From NCBI GenBank assembly GCA_029555025.1, contig JAKPTZ010000001.1, positions 9,782-73,781 of the forward strand: a stretch of 64,000 bases of DNA, in the 5' to 3' direction. Numbering within the stretch: the first letter of the stretch is position 1; each line of letters opens with the position of its first letter. Positions 62,430-64,000 of this stretch are shown here, piece after piece. A model generated the notes under the pieces. It saw nothing but the letters and a program-made list of their open reading frames with translations, had not been told where the DNA came from and did no database searches. The position numbers and the translations under genes are program-made. Source of the stretch: Deltaproteobacteria bacterium. Its GTDB lineage: Bacteria > Myxococcota_A > UBA9042 > DTJE01.

Positions 62430-63938
62430 TCAGTCCTGCTTCGGGGCGGCAGCCTTTTTCGCCGCGGGCTTCCTTGCCGGCTTCTTCGCCGCCTCGGGCG
62501 CCGCATCCTCGGCCGGTGCCGCGGTTTCTTCAACCGGATCCTGCTTTTCGGCCGTCTTCTTCGCCCTGGTCGCCTTCCTGGCCGGCTTGTCCTCGGCAGT
62601 GGGGGCCGCGGCGGCCTGAACCGCGCCTTCGGCACCCGGGGTCACAACGGCATGCCTGGTCAGCAGATCCAGTGTCTTGCCGACCCGAAGCTGCCTGCCA
62701 AGCTGTTCAAGCCTTTCCTGGCCGAAAATCGCCTTGATCTTCGGCAACGGCATTCCATAGGCGTCGGCCGTTTCCTGCAGTTTGGCCTCAATATCCGCTT
62801 CCGTGACCTGGATTCCTTCCTTGTCGGCAATCGCTTCAAGGATGATTGACCGGGTCAGGTTGCGGCGGGCTTCCTCGAGAGACTTTTCCCGCGGAACGCC
62901 AAGGTCGAAATCCTTTGCGAGTTCGGCGCGTTTTTCTTCCGGAATCTGCTGAAGAACCCTGTCACGGGCTTCCTTTTCCGCCATGTCGGCCAGGCGCTCA
63001 ATGGTCCGCTCGCCGATTTCAAAGGGGTTGTTTTCACAGATCCTGGAAAGGATGAGTTCTTCGGTCTCTTCCTTCAGCTTTGAATCCCGCTGCTCTTCAA
63101 GCTGCTTCTTCAGCAGGGCATGGAATTCCTCGACAGTCTCAACATCCGCATGCTTCTTGACGAATTCGTTGTCCAGTTCGGGCATCTTCCGGGCGCGGAT
63201 CTTTTCGATCTTCACAACTGCGCGCACGTCCCCGGCCTGATCGGGATCCATCTTCTGCCCGCGGGCGGTGATTCGGCCAATCCTTCCCTGGACGGTCTTT
63301 TCCTCGCCGGCGGCCAGGCCAAGAATCTGGCGTCCGATACCTTCGACAGGTTCGTCGTCCGTCCCGCCCATGATCCTGGACGAGTGGGCATCCTTGATAA
63401 CCGTGCCGTCGGAAACCAGCGACAGGGTCACCTGGGTTTCGGCCATGTCGCCTTCCTCGACGACGCAACCTTCACCCTTGTCCTCGAAGCGGGACAGGGA
63501 TTTGCGAAGACCGTCGATGCGTTCCATGATCTGGGCTTCGGTCACTTCGGGAGCGAACGGCCCCGCCACTTCGACTTCCAGGTAGTCCTTCACATCGACT
63601 TCCGGGAAGACCTCGATTTCAGCGGTGTATTCGAGTGCGTTCTCTTCGTCGCGCACAAGGTCGAACTTCGGTTCGGTCGATGCCTTCAGCTTGAACTGGT
63701 CAATGGCGTCCCCGAACGTCTGTGAGATCAGGTTCTCGCGCACTTCGTATTCAATGCGCGGACCAAGCTGGGCCAGCACAAGGTGCATCGGCGCCATGCC
63801 GGGCCTGAAACCGGGAACGCGGACCTGGGCGGCGTACTTGCGGGCCAGCCTGCGCCTTTCCTTGTCAAACCCTTCCTTGTCGATGGCGACGGTGATGCGG
63901 TGTGTAAGCTTTCCAAGATCTTCGTGATCAACTTTCAT
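62430..63938 (-). CDS. tig: trigger factor with Lys/Ala/Pro-rich C-terminal extension
   Basis: The ribosome-binding signature GFRPGMAP is present, and the domain order is trigger-factor-like. The ATG at 63938 has AGGAG 7 nt upstream; the ORF-track TTG start is at 63941. The last 65 aa or so are low-complexity ([18 protein letters not shown]). Confidence 0.9.
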   Translation of the reverse strand: MKVDHEDLGKLTHRITVAIDKEGFDKERRRLARKYAAQVRVPGFRPGMAPMHLVLAQLGPRIEYEVRENLISQTFGDAIDQFKLKASTEPKFDLVRDEENALEYTAEIEVFPEVDVKDYLEVEVAGPFAPEVTEAQIMERIDGLRKSLSRFEDKGEGCVVEEGDMAETQVTLSLVSDGTVIKDAHSSRIMGGTDDEPVEGIGRQILGLAAGEEKTVQGRIGRITARGQKMDPDQAGDVRAVVKIEKIRARKMPELDNEFVKKHADVETVEEFHALLKKQLEEQRDSKLKEETEELILSRICENNPFEIGERTIERLADMAEKEARDRVLQQIPEEKRAELAKDFDLGVPREKSLEEARRNLTRSIILEAIADKEGIQVTEADIEAKLQETADAYGMPLPKIKAIFGQERLEQLGRQLRVGKTLDLLTRHAVVTPGAEGAVQAAAAPTAEDKPARKATRAKKTAEKQDPVEETAAPAEDAAPEAAKKPARKPAAKKAAAPKQD

Positions 63939-64000
63939 CAAATGACTCCTTGCAGCGGCGAACCGTGTCAGATTCCAAAAGGCGCGGGGAATGTATCAGT

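Noticed and set aside
62387-62635. Arg/Pro-rich N-terminal extension of the 288-aa 'ClpP' ORF
   Set aside because: It is an alternative frame of the low-complexity tail of tig. ClpP homology begins at the Met at 62386, which has its own RBS.
1-64000. Mobile elements, prophage, toxin-antitoxin or known defence systems
   Set aside because: I recognised no transposase, integrase, recombinase, phage structural, restriction-modification, Cas or TA-like ORF in any frame. I also saw no terminal inverted repeats flanking the 16.9-25.6 kb island.

Overview
GC-rich (judged by eye) chromosomal segment from a diderm bacterium, since BamA and LolCDE-type genes are present. I call about 41 protein-coding genes. 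I did not recognise any rRNA, tRNA, CRISPR array, transposase, integrase or prophage gene. Most of the window is housekeeping. On the minus strand: apt, surE, bamA, lolD, lolC/E, lysS and rpoD. On the plus strand: class II ribonucleotide reductase nrdJ, a fadN-fadA beta-oxidation pair, rlmI, ftsY, alaX, PFOR (nifJ), a pilB-pilT-pilC-pilS-like type IV pilus block and dnaK. Also present are pepD, an S9 peptidase and tig-clpP. The part that looks accessory and novel is 16.9-25.6 kb. It holds three tandem paralogous lipoprotein genes of 1082, about 1071 and 717 aa, built from long arrays of CDDGNxCTxDxC-type cysteine repeats that resemble the Dictyostelium slime-mold repeat. The first two end in a C-terminal region of about 480 aa that, by my reading, tracks the two-lobed BPI/LBP/CETP (TULIP) lipid-binding architecture landmark by landmark. 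They sit directly downstream of the fatty-acid beta-oxidation genes. A second unusual module lies at 30.0-38.1 kb on the minus strand: a 971-aa GH5 lipoprotein resembling endoglycoceramidases, then an outer-membrane beta-barrel, then a hybrid sensor kinase with periplasmic solute-binding domains. Smaller oddities: repeat-containing N-terminal extensions on NrdJ and PilT; a catalytically degenerate beta-CASP/MBL-like protein translationally coupled to the pilS-like kinase; a Lys/Ala-rich tail on trigger factor; REP-like GNRA hairpins flanking a structured intergenic element downstream of dnaK; and several perfect in-frame tandem duplications. The lineage cannot be fixed from sequence alone. The gene content (Cys-repeat lipoproteins, FHA protein, pil gene order, PFOR) is reminiscent of Myxococcota- or Bdellovibrionota-like organisms, which is inference only. 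All functional calls rest on motifs read from the supplied translations, and no database search was possible.
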